A stretch of DNA of 64,000 bases from assembly GCA_903843125.1 (NCBI GenBank), contig CAIMOR010000248.1, positions 220 to 64,219 of the forward strand, in the 5' to 3' direction. The notes beneath the pieces were generated by a model. That model saw only the letters and a program-made list of their open reading frames with translations, did not search any database and had not been told where the DNA came from. Position 1 is the stretch's first letter. Each line of letters starts with the position of its first letter. This DNA comes from an uncultured Rhodospirillales bacterium (lineage in GTDB: Bacteria > Pseudomonadota > Alphaproteobacteria > Acetobacterales > Acetobacteraceae). The translations under genes and the position numbers were made by a program. This document shows, one piece after another, positions 7,671 to 16,968 of this stretch.

Positions 7671-8309
7671 CTAGCTCCCGCGCGGCATCGCCGCGACAAT
7701 CTGCGCTTCCAGCCCGGCCAGCGCTTGCCCCAGCGCCGCGCGCATCGCCGCGGCCGCCAGTGCCGGATCATCGCCCGGCGACAGCGGAGCGCTACCCTCG
7801 GCCTGCAGCTGCGCCAGGATGCGCGTCGGCGCCCCGCTTTCCGGCGCTTCCCGCAGCAGCAGCCCGGCCAGCGTCGCCCGTGCCCGCCGAGCGCCAGGCT
7901 CGGCCTGTAGCCGCAGCAACTCCGCTTCCAGCACCAGGCCCGCACGCAGCCGGGACCCCGGCGCGGTGATGGCGGCAAAATGCCCGCTGGCCGCCAGCCA
8001 GCGGCGCGTCGCCTCCTCGGCCAACTCGGCCGGCGGCGCTGCCCATTCCGCCCAGAAGTCCTGCGTCACCTGGCCATCGGCACTCAGGCTGCGCAGGCCA
8101 CGCTGGTCCAGCCCCGGCGCCGCCCGCATACCGCGCAGCAGCAGCACCGGTCCCGCCGCCGGCGGCGGCGCGGTCACGGGCCGCTCCGGCGTCAGCGCGA
8201 AGCGCCGTACCTCCCGGTAGGGCCGGTCCGGCAGGACCGAGCACCCAGCCAGCAGCAGGGGCAACGCAAGCAACTGGCGGCGGCGCGGGGCGGGGCGGGG
8301 CATGGTCAT
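7671..8309 (-). CDS. ABC-type transport auxiliary lipoprotein (PqiC/YmbA-like)
   Basis: Lipobox LLLAGC after a basic N-terminus. It is the last gene of the Mla/MCE-type operon and overlaps the MCE gene by 4 nt. Confidence 0.7.
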   Translation of the reverse strand: MTMPRPAPRRRQLLALPLLLAGCSVLPDRPYREVRRFALTPERPVTAPPPAAGPVLLLRGMRAAPGLDQRGLRSLSADGQVTQDFWAEWAAPPAELAEEATRRWLAASGHFAAITAPGSRLRAGLVLEAELLRLQAEPGARRARATLAGLLLREAPESGAPTRILAQLQAEGSAPLSPGDDPALAAAAMRAALGQALAGLEAQIVAAMPRGS

Positions 8310-9319
8310 CGTCCGGAAGGCGGCGGCGCGCCGAAGATCGCCTGGGAGGGATAGCGGCGCAGCAACTCGGTGGTGTCGCGCAGGTTGGCCACGGCGCTGC
8401 GCAGGTCGCGCAGGATCGGGTCCAGGTCGGCCTGCAGGTCTCCGGTGGTGCCGCGCGCGCTGCGCAACGTGTTTTCCAGCGCCGCCAGACTGGCCGGCAG
8501 CCGGGCCGCGGCGGTCCGCACCTCGGCCATGGCCTGGTTGGCGCCGGCCAAGGTGCCGCGCAGGTCGCGGCTGGACAGCAGCGCGCGCGCCTCGGCGGCC
8601 ACGGCGCGGATATCAGCCACCGCACTGGGCAGGTCGCCGCCGGAGGTGCCGTCGTTGAGCCGACGCAGCAGCCTGGCCGCCTCGGTCAGCACGGAGCTGA
8701 AGTCGCCCTCATTGGTTTCCTTGCGCAGGTCGGCCAGCAGGCCCGACAGGTTGTCGATCAGCCCGGCCAGATCGACCTGTTCCAGCCGCTGCAGCAGCAT
8801 CTGCGCCGCGGTCTGCACCTGCGCCACCGTGGAGGGCGCCGCGGGGATGAAGGGGTAGCGCGGGGTCCAGGGTGGACGTTCCGCCGGGAAACGGTCGGCC
8901 GCCAGGAAGTCCATCTCCAGGTAGGCCAAGCCGGTCAGCCCCTGGGACGCCAGCCGCACCCGGAAGCCCTGCTTCACCGCCTCGTCCAGGTCCGGCGCGG
9001 TCTCGCCGACACTGGCCATGTTCACGTCGAACCGCACCAGCACCATCTGGAAGGCGCCGGCGAAGGGCTCGCCCTGAGGCGCCCGGTAGGTGGCGGAAAC
9101 CAGGCCGATCTCGGTGACATGGCCGAGCGAGACGCCGCGATACTTGACCGGGGCGCCGACATCCAACCCCTGCACCGACTCGCGGATGTAGGTTTCATAG
9201 ATCACCGGCCGGTTGCCGAAGTTGTTGCCTACCAGAAACAGCAGGAAACCGATGGCCAGCACCGCGCCAGCCAGCACCAGCAGGCCGACGCGGAAATACA
9301 GCGCCCGCTGCGTCGGCAT
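8306..9319 (-). CDS. MlaD/MCE-family substrate-binding protein
   Basis: N-terminal TM helix (YFRVGLLVLAGAVLAIGFLLFLVG) then an MCE domain (YIRESVQGLDVGAPVKYRGVSLGHVTEIGL). I prefer the ATG at 9319 over the track start at 9409. Confidence 0.85.
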   Translation of the reverse strand: MPTQRALYFRVGLLVLAGAVLAIGFLLFLVGNNFGNRPVIYETYIRESVQGLDVGAPVKYRGVSLGHVTEIGLVSATYRAPQGEPFAGAFQMVLVRFDVNMASVGETAPDLDEAVKQGFRVRLASQGLTGLAYLEMDFLAADRFPAERPPWTPRYPFIPAAPSTVAQVQTAAQMLLQRLEQVDLAGLIDNLSGLLADLRKETNEGDFSSVLTEAARLLRRLNDGTSGGDLPSAVADIRAVAAEARALLSSRDLRGTLAGANQAMAEVRTAAARLPASLAALENTLRSARGTTGDLQADLDPILRDLRSAVANLRDTTELLRRYPSQAIFGAPPPSGR

Positions 9320-9322
9320 CTC

Positions 9323-9385
9323 AGCGCCGCCGACCGACAGGGTGGCGGTCGCTCCAGCGCCGCCGACCGACAGGGCGGCGGTCGC
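9323..9385. repeat. 33-bp-period tandem direct repeat, 2 copies
   Basis: agcgccgccgaccgacagggtggcggtcgc (9323-9352) is repeated at 9356-9385 with one mismatch. It lies between the ATPase stop (9440) and the preferred MCE start (9319). Confidence 0.8.
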
Positions 9386-9439
9386 CGCCAAGGCGCCCGC
9401 CTGGCGCAACGCCAGCCCAGGGGCGCGGCGCGGGCGCGC

Positions 9440-10192
9440 TCACGCCATCACCTCGCGGCGGAAGAAGGCGCGCACCACAGGGTTGTCGCTGTGGTCGCGC
9501 AGCGCGCGCGGGTCGCCCTCGGCGATCATGCCCTTCGCTTCCTTGTCCAACATGATGCAACGATCGCCGATCGACAGGATGGACTGCAACTCATGCGTCA
9601 CCACCACGAAGGTGGTGCCGAGGTCGCGGGCCAGTTGCACGATCAGCGCATCGAGTCCGGCCGAGGTGATCGGGTCCAACCCGGCCGAGGGTTCGTCGAG
9701 GAACAATATGGGCGGGTCAAGTGCCATGGCACGGGCGATGCCCGCACGCTTGGCCATGCCGCCACTGATCTCGGCCGGCAGGCGTGCCGCGGCGTCGCTC
9801 AGCCCAACCAGCCCCAGCTTGGCCCGCGCCAACAATGCGCGGGCCTCGGCCGGCAGGCGGGTGTGCTGCTCCAGCGGCACCATCACGTTCTCGGCCAGGG
9901 TGTCGCTGCCGAACAGCGCGCCGGACTGCCACATGACACCGATCCGCCGCAGCAGCGCCTGCCGCGCCGACCCCTCCAGCGCATGGATGTCCTGGCCCAG
10001 CACGTGCACCGTGCCGGCGGCTGGCGCATACAGTCCGATCATGTGCTTCAGCAGGGTGGACTTGCCGCACCCCGAGCCACCGAGGATCACGAAGACCTCG
10101 CCGCGCCGCACCTCGAAGCCGACGTTCTCGAACACCGTCTGTCCGTCGAAGGCGGCCCGCAGCCCCTGCACCTGCACCACCGGCTCAGCCAT
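9440..10192 (-). CDS. ABC transporter ATP-binding protein (MlaF-like)
   Basis: Walker A GGSGCGKST, ABC signature ISGGMAKRAGIARA, Walker B ILFLDEPSAGLD. Confidence 0.9.
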   Translation of the reverse strand: MAEPVVQVQGLRAAFDGQTVFENVGFEVRRGEVFVILGGSGCGKSTLLKHMIGLYAPAAGTVHVLGQDIHALEGSARQALLRRIGVMWQSGALFGSDTLAENVMVPLEQHTRLPAEARALLARAKLGLVGLSDAAARLPAEISGGMAKRAGIARAMALDPPILFLDEPSAGLDPITSAGLDALIVQLARDLGTTFVVVTHELQSILSIGDRCIMLDKEAKGMIAEGDPRALRDHSDNPVVRAFFRREVMA

Positions 10193-10267
10193 GCGCCGGC
10201 GCCCCCCGACGACGCCCGGCGCTACCCGCGAGCGGCATCCCCGCGACCGGCATCCCCCCGACCGGCA

Positions 10268-11392
10268 TCACAGCCCCAGCCGATAGAACAGCGTGGCAAA
10301 CAGCCCATCCAGCAGCACCATGGCGACGATGCCGCCCACCACCGCCGAGGTCGCGGCGTCGCCGACGGCCCGCGGCCCGCGGCCGGCCGAAAGCCCGGCA
10401 CGGCAGCCGATCAGCCCCACCGCCAGTCCGAACACGGCGGCCTTGAACAGCCCGCCGAGCAAGTCGCGCAACACCAGGGCACGCTCCAGCGCGGCGACCA
10501 CGCTGGCCGGCGGGTAGCCCAGCGTACCCATCACCACCCCCATGCCGATCAGCCCGGCCAGGTCCATCACCAACGCCAGGATCGGCATCACCGCCAGCGC
10601 GGCCAGGATGCGGGGCAGCACCAGCCAGGCCATCGGGTCGATGCCCATGACGCGCAGCGCATCCACTTCCTCGTTCACCGTCATGGTGCCGATCTCGGCG
10701 GCGAAGGCGCTGCCGGTGCGCCCGGCCAGGATCACCGCCGCCATCAGCGGCCCCAACTCCCGCAGCAGGGAAATGCCGACCAGGTTGGGGATGAAGCTCT
10801 CGGCGCCGAACCGGCGCATCGGCACCGAGGACTGGAACGCCAGGATCATGCCCAGCAGCAACCCCAGCAGGATGCACAGCGGAAATGCCCGCAGGCCCGC
10901 CTCGTCCAGGTGTCGCAGCAGTTCGGTCCGGCGCAGCCGGCGCGGATGGCTCAGCAGTGCCAGGCCGGAAGCCACCGCCTCCCCCAGGAAGGCCAGCCGG
11001 GTGACCAGCGCCCCGCCGGCATCCCAGGCCAGTTGGCCGAACCAGGCCAGCCAGGGCAGCGACGCCGCGGCGGCCGGCGGGCGCGGCCCCGACAGCGCCG
11101 TGCGGGTACGGTCCAGCATGGTCTGCATCGGTCCGGGCGGCACCGTCCAGCGCGCTGGGCCGGCCAGGTTCTCCAGCCGCAGCAGCAGCACGGCGCCGGC
11201 CATGTCCAGCGCTTCCAGCCCGCTCAGGTCCAGGTGCAGCGGTTCGCCCATGCGGGCCCGGCGGGTCGCCTCGGCCCAGTCCCGCGCCGCGGCGGTGGCG
11301 TTCAGCCTGCCGCTGAAGGCCATGCGCAGGCCGGGCGGCTCGGGGGTTATGGCCAGGGTCACGGCCGAGAGATTGCCTTGTTGCATCGCCAA
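10268..11392 (-). CDS. MlaE-family ABC permease with an N-terminal STAS-like domain
   Basis: The first ~110 aa resemble an MlaB/STAS module (LRMAFSGRLNATAAARDW, LHLDLSGLEALDMAGAVLLLRL). The C-terminal ~250 aa are a MlaE permease (MRRFGAESFIPNLVGISLLRELGPLMAAVILAGRTGSAFAAEIGTMTVNEEVDALRVMGIDP). Confidence 0.85.
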   Translation of the reverse strand: MAMQQGNLSAVTLAITPEPPGLRMAFSGRLNATAAARDWAEATRRARMGEPLHLDLSGLEALDMAGAVLLLRLENLAGPARWTVPPGPMQTMLDRTRTALSGPRPPAAAASLPWLAWFGQLAWDAGGALVTRLAFLGEAVASGLALLSHPRRLRRTELLRHLDEAGLRAFPLCILLGLLLGMILAFQSSVPMRRFGAESFIPNLVGISLLRELGPLMAAVILAGRTGSAFAAEIGTMTVNEEVDALRVMGIDPMAWLVLPRILAALAVMPILALVMDLAGLIGMGVVMGTLGYPPASVVAALERALVLRDLLGGLFKAAVFGLAVGLIGCRAGLSAGRGPRAVGDAATSAVVGGIVAMVLLDGLFATLFYRLGL

Positions 11393-11420
11393 CGCAAGCC
11401 AGCCGGACGCAAGGCCGGTC

Positions 11421-12227
11421 TCAGCCGCGGCGGCGGGCTGGTTTGGGCGGCGCGGCCTGGGGCGGCGCGGCGGCCAGCAGCGCGTGCAGCAGCACGGCGG
11501 CGGCGGCGGCCACGTTCAGGCTCTCGACCAGCCCGCTGCCGGGCAGCGTCACCCGCGCCTCGCAGGCCGCCAACGTCGGTTCGGGCAGGCCGGTCTCCTC
11601 ATTGCCCAGCACCAGCGCGAAGGGCCGGCCGCGCGGCAACGCTTCCGGCGCCACGCCACCGGCGGCCACCGCCGCCACGGTCAGGTAGGTCTGCTGCATG
11701 CCCAGCAGCAGGTTGGGCAGGTGTCGCGCCCGCATGACGCGCAGATGCTCCAGCCCGCCCTCGCTGGTGCGGAAGGCGGCATCGGACAGGTCGCATTGCC
11801 GCGGGTCGTCGCTCAGCACCAGGCCCTTGCAGCCGAAGAACGCCGCGGTGCGCGCGATGGCGCCCAGGTTGTGCGGGTTGCCGATGCCATCCAGCACAGT
11901 GAGGATCGGCGCCGCCGGCAGCTTGGCCGGCAGGGCGTGTCCGGCCAGTTCCTCGGCATAGCGCAGGCTGGCGATGGCAACGATGCCGCCGTGGTGCTCG
12001 GTGCCGGCGATCCGGGCCAGCTCGTGGTCGTCCACCTCGCGGTAGACCCGACGCGTGCGCGCCAGGTGGGCGCAGAGCGGCCCCGCCTCCCGCCGGCGCT
12101 CCGGCAGGTAGAACAGCCGGATGACGTCCTCCGCCCGACGCAGGAACAGCGCCCGCACCGGGGCGACGCCGCAGATGCGGTGCGGGTTGGGGATGCGCGG
12201 CTGGCGCTGGTAGTCAGTTTCGGACAA
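11421..12227 (-). CDS. TrmH/SpoU-family RNA 2'-O-methyltransferase
   Basis: SpoU motifs LDGIGNPHNLGAIARTAAFFG, LVLGNEETGL and SLNVAAAAAVLLHAL. The track start (12332) would overlap the upstream gene by 119 nt. An in-frame TTG at 12227 gives LSETDYQRQPRIPNPHRICG, so the start is uncertain. Confidence 0.75.
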   Translation of the reverse strand: MSETDYQRQPRIPNPHRICGVAPVRALFLRRAEDVIRLFYLPERRREAGPLCAHLARTRRVYREVDDHELARIAGTEHHGGIVAIASLRYAEELAGHALPAKLPAAPILTVLDGIGNPHNLGAIARTAAFFGCKGLVLSDDPRQCDLSDAAFRTSEGGLEHLRVMRARHLPNLLLGMQQTYLTVAAVAAGGVAPEALPRGRPFALVLGNEETGLPEPTLAACEARVTLPGSGLVESLNVAAAAAVLLHALLAAAPPQAAPPKPARRRG

Positions 12228-13218
12228 GGTCGCGCAGCCTATCCACCAGCGCGTCCGGCAGGTCCAGTCCTTCCTTGGCCGCAGCCTCGGCCAGTCCGGC
12301 GCGGCGGCTGCCCGGCAGGCGCACGCCCTCATCGGCCAGCATCGCCGAGATCAGCGCCTCCACCCGCTCCAGGTACACCGCCTGCCCGGCCAGCGCGCCG
12401 GGGTCTATCGCCAGCAGCGCCTGGCCGAGGCGGGGCCGGTTGCCCTCGTCCTGGAAGAAACTGTCCGCCTCGAACCCGAACGCGGCCCCGGTCAGCGCCG
12501 CGCACAGCAGTTCCACCACCAGCGCCAGCAGCGCACCCTTGGTGCCGCCCATGGCCAGCATCGCCCCGGAAAGCGCCGCGTTCGGGTCGGTGGTCGGCCG
12601 GCCCTCGGCGTCGATCGCCCAGCCCTCCGGGATGCGCTTGCCGGCCTTGGCCGCAACCATGATCTTGCCGCGCGCGACTTCCGACAGGGCGAGGTCCACC
12701 ACCAGCGGCGCGGCGTTGCGGCGCGGGAAGGCGGCGGCGATGGGGTTGGTGCCCATCAACGGTCGCCGGCCGCCGGGCACCGGCATGGCGCTGGGCGAAT
12801 TGGTGAAGGCCAGCGCGACCAACCCCTGCCGCGCCAAAGCCTCCACCGGCAGCCCCATGGCGCCGGCGTGCTGGCTGTTGGTCAGCCCAACCAGGGCGAC
12901 GCCGTGGCTGCGCGCCCGACCCGTGGCCTCGCGCACCGCCAGGTCCATGGCCGGAAAGGCCAGGCCATGCCCGGCATCCACCAGGGCCGCGCCGCCACGC
13001 TCGGCCACCACGCGCGGCGCCGCGTCGCCAGCCGCCCGGCCGTTGCGCAGGAAAGCAATGTATTGCGGCACGCGCGAAAGCCCGTGTCCGGCCTGGCCCT
13101 GCGCCTCGGCCGCCACCAGGGCGCGCGCCGTCGCGGCCGCCATGCCGGGCGACGCGCCGGCCGCCTGCAGCGCATCCAGTGCCAGCCGCTCGGCGGCCTC
13201 CAGGCTCAATCGGGCCAT
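12214..13218 (-). CDS. Ldh_2-family (malate/L-lactate/sulfolactate-type) dehydrogenase
   Basis: 334 aa with family-typical GQAGHGLSRVPQYIAFLRNG, GLTNSQHAGAMG and MGTNPIAAAFP. Confidence 0.8.
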   Translation of the reverse strand: MARLSLEAAERLALDALQAAGASPGMAAATARALVAAEAQGQAGHGLSRVPQYIAFLRNGRAAGDAAPRVVAERGGAALVDAGHGLAFPAMDLAVREATGRARSHGVALVGLTNSQHAGAMGLPVEALARQGLVALAFTNSPSAMPVPGGRRPLMGTNPIAAAFPRRNAAPLVVDLALSEVARGKIMVAAKAGKRIPEGWAIDAEGRPTTDPNAALSGAMLAMGGTKGALLALVVELLCAALTGAAFGFEADSFFQDEGNRPRLGQALLAIDPGALAGQAVYLERVEALISAMLADEGVRLPGSRRAGLAEAAAKEGLDLPDALVDRLRDLVRN

Positions 13219-13219
13219 G

Positions 13220-13564
13220 TCAGCCGCATTCGGTGCAGGCGCTCATCACCTGCTGCAGCCAGCCCTCGAACTTCGGATGCACCACCGTCAGCGGCGCCGC
13301 CGTGATGCCGGGCATCACGATGCCGGTCATGCGGCCGGCACGCTCCGACAGCTGGTCGAACCGGCTTGCCACCGTCACCGCGCGAACCGCCCATTCGCGG
13401 TATACCGCCATGCCGCCCGTCTCCATCATCCGGTAGCTCTCATGCGGCGGCGGCACCTGCACGGAGGCCGCGAGCCGCTCCTCCACCAGCACCTCGGCCA
13501 GCCGGATCGCATGCGCCTCGCCATCCACGATGATCGTGACGATCAGGAAGTCGGCCGGGTTCAT
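13220..13564 (-). CDS. CutA-like divalent-cation tolerance protein
   Basis: 114 aa. AIRLAEVLVEERLAASVQV aligns with the CutA1 core (LAxxLVEERLAACV). Weaker similarity beyond that. Confidence 0.5.
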   Translation of the reverse strand: MNPADFLIVTIIVDGEAHAIRLAEVLVEERLAASVQVPPPHESYRMMETGGMAVYREWAVRAVTVASRFDQLSERAGRMTGIVMPGITAAPLTVVHPKFEGWLQQVMSACTECG

Positions 13565-13678
13565 CGCTCGCTCTCCATGTTGCGCGGGCGCCGCTCAGAC
13601 CCGCGACGCCGTGTTCGTGGCCCTTCATATAGGCCGCGCCGCCGGCATGGGCAGTGCAGATCGGCCGATGGGCCGCGG

Positions 13679-14671
13679 CTAATCGGCCTTGATCCCGGCT
13701 TCCCGCACCAGGCGCGACCAACGGGCCACTTCGGCCTGCAGGAAGCCGCGGGACTGGTCGGCATCCCAGCCCAGCACGTCGAAGCCGCCGTCCACTGCGC
13801 GGCGCCGCAGGTCGGGGTCGCGCATCGCCGCCAGCGTGGTCCGCTCGATCCGCTCGAACACCGGAGCCGGCACGCCGGCGTTGGTCAGCATGGCGGTCCA
13901 GTTGGTGATCTCCAGCCCGGGGAAGCCAAGCTCGCGCACCGTCGGCACTTCCGGCACCTGGTGGCTGCGCGTGGCGCCGGTGATGCCCAGCGCCCGCAAC
14001 CGGCCGCCTTTGATCTGCCCGATGCATTCCGGCAGGTTGGACACCATCAGCTGCAGGTTGCCGGCCACCAGGTCGGTCACCCCCGGCGCGCCGCCGCGGT
14101 AGGGCACATGCACCAGGTTGGCGCCGGCCCCGGCCACGCGCCGCACCAGTTCCAGCCCCAGATGCGGCGGCGAGCCATTGCCGGAGGAGCCGCCATTCAT
14201 CGGCTGGGTCTTCGCTTGGGCGATCAGCTCGCCCAGGCTGCGCAGCGGGCTGGCCTGCGGCACCACCACCACCAGTGGCAGCGACCCCAGGATGGAAACC
14301 GGGCGGAAATCCTGCAGCAGGTGGTAGGGCGCCTGCGGAAACAGCCCGACATTGACCGCATGGGTCAGGGTGATGGCCAGCAGCGTGTAGCCATCGGCCG
14401 GCGCGTGGGCGGCGACATCGGCGCCGATCATGGCGTTGCCGCCGGCGCGGTTGTCCACCACCACCGGCCGTCCCCAGGCGTCGCCCAGCTTCTGCGCCAC
14501 CAGCCGGGCCATGATGTCGGTCAGCCCGGCCGGGGTGAAGGGCACGATGTAGCGCACCGGGCGGTCGGGAAAGCCGGCCGCTGGCTCGGCCTGCGCCCGC
14601 GCACGCCCCGCTGGAAACAGGCCGGCCCCGAGCGCGGCCACGGCGCCGAGGGCGGTGCGACGGCTGGTCAT
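13679..14671 (-). CDS. Bug-family (TctC-like) tripartite tricarboxylate transporter substrate-binding protein
   Basis: Tat-like signal MTSRRTALGAVAALGAGLFPAGRARA, then FPDRPVRYIVPFTPAGLTDIMARLVAQKL, VVVDNRAGGNAMIGA and PADGYTLL. The long 5' extension in the track is an artefact. Confidence 0.85.
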   Translation of the reverse strand: MTSRRTALGAVAALGAGLFPAGRARAQAEPAAGFPDRPVRYIVPFTPAGLTDIMARLVAQKLGDAWGRPVVVDNRAGGNAMIGADVAAHAPADGYTLLAITLTHAVNVGLFPQAPYHLLQDFRPVSILGSLPLVVVVPQASPLRSLGELIAQAKTQPMNGGSSGNGSPPHLGLELVRRVAGAGANLVHVPYRGGAPGVTDLVAGNLQLMVSNLPECIGQIKGGRLRALGITGATRSHQVPEVPTVRELGFPGLEITNWTAMLTNAGVPAPVFERIERTTLAAMRDPDLRRRAVDGGFDVLGWDADQSRGFLQAEVARWSRLVREAGIKAD

Positions 14672-14752
14672 GCTATCTCTCCCATGCAACCCGACGTGTT
14701 CGCCACGCGGCCCTGTTCGGCCTGATGATACACACTGCCCCACGGAACGACG

Positions 14753-15820
14753 ATGAACATCACCGCATCCACCGCGCGCTATGAGGCCTGGCTGCGCCAG
14801 GAGCTGGGCGACGAACTCGTGCAGGCGGACCTGGACCGCAAGCACGCCCGCATGGCCGAGGCCCCCTTCCCGTTCCTGCGCGCCACCTACTGGCGCTGGG
14901 CCGAGACCATCCTGGACTGCTGCCCCAGCCTGGCCAAAGCGGAAACCGTGCTGGCCGTCGGCGACATCCACCTGGAGAATTTCGGCACCTGGCGAGACGC
15001 CGATGGCCGCCTGGTCTGGGGCATCAATGATTATGACGAGGCCGCCGAGATGCCCTGGCCGCTGGACCTGGTGCGGCTGGGTGCCTCCGGTGTGCTGGCC
15101 GGCGCCAAGGCGCGGGACCTGGCGGATGCGCTGCTCGAGGGCTATGCCGCCGGCCTGGCCGCCCCCGGCCCCAAGGTGATGGACCAGCAGGCCGGCAAGC
15201 TGCGCGACGCGGTGCTGGCCAACCCGGGCGAGCCCGGCGAAGGCTTCTGGCAGGGGCTGCGGGCCAAGCTGAAATCCGCCGGCGGGAAGCCCGGCGCGCG
15301 CTGGGTTGCCGCGCTGCAGGCGGCGCTGCCGCCGGGCGCCGAGATCGTCCGCCTGGCGCGGCGCACCGCCGGCACCGGCAGCCTCGGCCGGCCCCGCTGG
15401 GTAGCGCTGGCGGAATGGCGCGGTGCCCTGGTGGCGCGGGAGGCAAAGGCCATGGTCGCCTCCGGCTGGGTGCTGCCGCCGGGCCGCGGCCACCGCGCCA
15501 TCCGCTCGCAGGAAGCGGCGACCTCGGCGTTTCGTGTGCCGGACCCGTGGTACGCGGTGGCCAACCACATCGCAGTGCGCCGGCTTTCCCCCAGCAACCG
15601 CAAGATAGAGGTGGCCAAGGACCCCAAGCTGCTGCTGGCGCCCGCCATGCTCGCGGCCATGGGCCATGAGCTGGCCAGCCTGCACCGCGCCAGCAGCCCG
15701 GCGAAGCCGTTGGCCAAGGCGTTGGCCGCGCTGCCGGACGACTGGCTGAAGCGCGCCGCCGAGGCCGCCGCCGCGATGACCGAACGCGACTATCAGGCCT
15801 GGCGGAAGGCCCGTGGCTGA
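14753..15820 (+). CDS. DUF2252 domain protein
   Basis: PFPFLRATYWRWAE, VGDIHLENFGTWRDADGRLVWGINDYDEA, as I recall for DUF2252. Confidence 0.7.
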   Translation: MNITASTARYEAWLRQELGDELVQADLDRKHARMAEAPFPFLRATYWRWAETILDCCPSLAKAETVLAVGDIHLENFGTWRDADGRLVWGINDYDEAAEMPWPLDLVRLGASGVLAGAKARDLADALLEGYAAGLAAPGPKVMDQQAGKLRDAVLANPGEPGEGFWQGLRAKLKSAGGKPGARWVAALQAALPPGAEIVRLARRTAGTGSLGRPRWVALAEWRGALVAREAKAMVASGWVLPPGRGHRAIRSQEAATSAFRVPDPWYAVANHIAVRRLSPSNRKIEVAKDPKLLLAPAMLAAMGHELASLHRASSPAKPLAKALAALPDDWLKRAAEAAAAMTERDYQAWRKARG

Positions 15821-15826
15821 GGCTGG

Positions 15827-16945
15827 TCAGGCACTGGCGAAGCTCCGCGCCAGCGCCTGCCACATCGCCTTGCGGCGGAACTCGGCATCCAGCGGGTGGC
15901 CGCGATGCTGCTGGCCGTCGCGCCGGGCCACGTCGGGGTCGCGGTTCAGCCAGGAATCGCGGTCCGACAGGCCCCAGGTCAGCACGGTGCGGCAGCCCGC
16001 CGCCAACGCGGTGCCCACCACCTGCTGGACATAGGCGGCGACAATGCCGTCGCGCGCCTCCTGCCCCGGCGGCAGGTTGGCGCCCTCGCGGCAGTCCAGC
16101 TCGGTGATCAGCACCGCAAGGCCCATCCCGTGCAGCGTCTGGATGAAGCCGGCCAGCGGCTCCGGCCGGAAGGGTTCGTCCACCTGCAGGTGCGCCTGCA
16201 GCCCCACCGCGTCCAGCGGGCAGCGCGCGGCCAGCAGCGCCCGCACCAAGGCCAGCATGTTCTGGCGTTTCTGCTCGGCCCAGGGCGTATCGCCCTCCAG
16301 CCCATAGTCGTTGATGGTCAGCCGCAGCGTGCGGTCGCGCTCGCGCGCCAGGCGCAGCGCCAGCTCGATGTAGTCCGGCCCCAGGGCGCGTAGCCAGGGC
16401 GTGTCCCGGAAGATGCCGCGCGCCGGGGTCTGGTCGGTGAAGCGGCTGCCGGGCGGATTGGCCAGCACCTCGTTCACCACGTCCCAGTCGCGGATCAGCG
16501 GTTGGGTCGCGCCCAGCACGCCTTCGATGTGCGCGGCCAGCACGGCTCGTGCCCGCGCCGGGCCCTCCGCTAGCGCCGGTGCCAGCCAGTCCGGCATGGC
16601 GTTGTGCCAGACCAGCGCATGGCCGCGCAGCTGCTTGCGCTGGGCCTGGGCGAAGCCGGCGACAACCCCGAGCGGGCCGAAGTCGAATTCGCCCTCGCGC
16701 GGTTGCAGCGCCTCCCACTTCGCTTCCCATTCCGGCACCAGCAGCTGGGCCTCCGCCGCCACCGCGGCGGCATAGACCTGGTCCTGCGCCAGCAGCTCAC
16801 CCTGCACCGCGGTGCCGAAGCTGATGCCATGGGCCCGGGCCAGATCGGCCAGGCCATCGCCTGGCGGCCGCGCCGGTTCGGTCATCGGTTGGCTGCGCGC
16901 GCGGGTGCCGCAGCCGGCCAGGCCAAGCCCGACCAGCCCCAACAT
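15827..16945 (-). CDS. glycoside hydrolase family 10 (endo-1,4-beta-xylanase-like), probable lipoprotein
   Basis: GH10 blocks EWEAKWEALQPREGEFDF, LRGHALVWHNAMPDW, WDVVNEV and ITELDC. Start chosen at MLGLVGLGLAGCG (lipobox), which avoids overlap with the upstream gene. Confidence 0.75.
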   Translation of the reverse strand: MLGLVGLGLAGCGTRARSQPMTEPARPPGDGLADLARAHGISFGTAVQGELLAQDQVYAAAVAAEAQLLVPEWEAKWEALQPREGEFDFGPLGVVAGFAQAQRKQLRGHALVWHNAMPDWLAPALAEGPARARAVLAAHIEGVLGATQPLIRDWDVVNEVLANPPGSRFTDQTPARGIFRDTPWLRALGPDYIELALRLARERDRTLRLTINDYGLEGDTPWAEQKRQNMLALVRALLAARCPLDAVGLQAHLQVDEPFRPEPLAGFIQTLHGMGLAVLITELDCREGANLPPGQEARDGIVAAYVQQVVGTALAAGCRTVLTWGLSDRDSWLNRDPDVARRDGQQHRGHPLDAEFRRKAMWQALARSFASA

Positions 16946-16968
16946 CCCGCGCCGGGCATGGGCGTTGC

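Noticed and set aside
5306-9385. Tandem repeats (5306-5379, 9323-9385) considered as CRISPR or minisatellite arrays.
   Set aside because: Each has only two copies and no spacers. One is inside a coding region and the other is at a gene junction. No cas genes are present.
13679-15685. Long 5' extensions of real genes in the track (13679..15685, 25665..26831, 26666..27943, 27619..28923, 29990..32032, 35034..36239, 36029..37675, 37872..39695, 60279..61508, 57866..58873).
   Set aside because: In each case the recognisable protein begins at an internal start, with a signal peptide or conserved N-terminus. The upstream part overlaps the neighbouring gene and has artefact-like composition.
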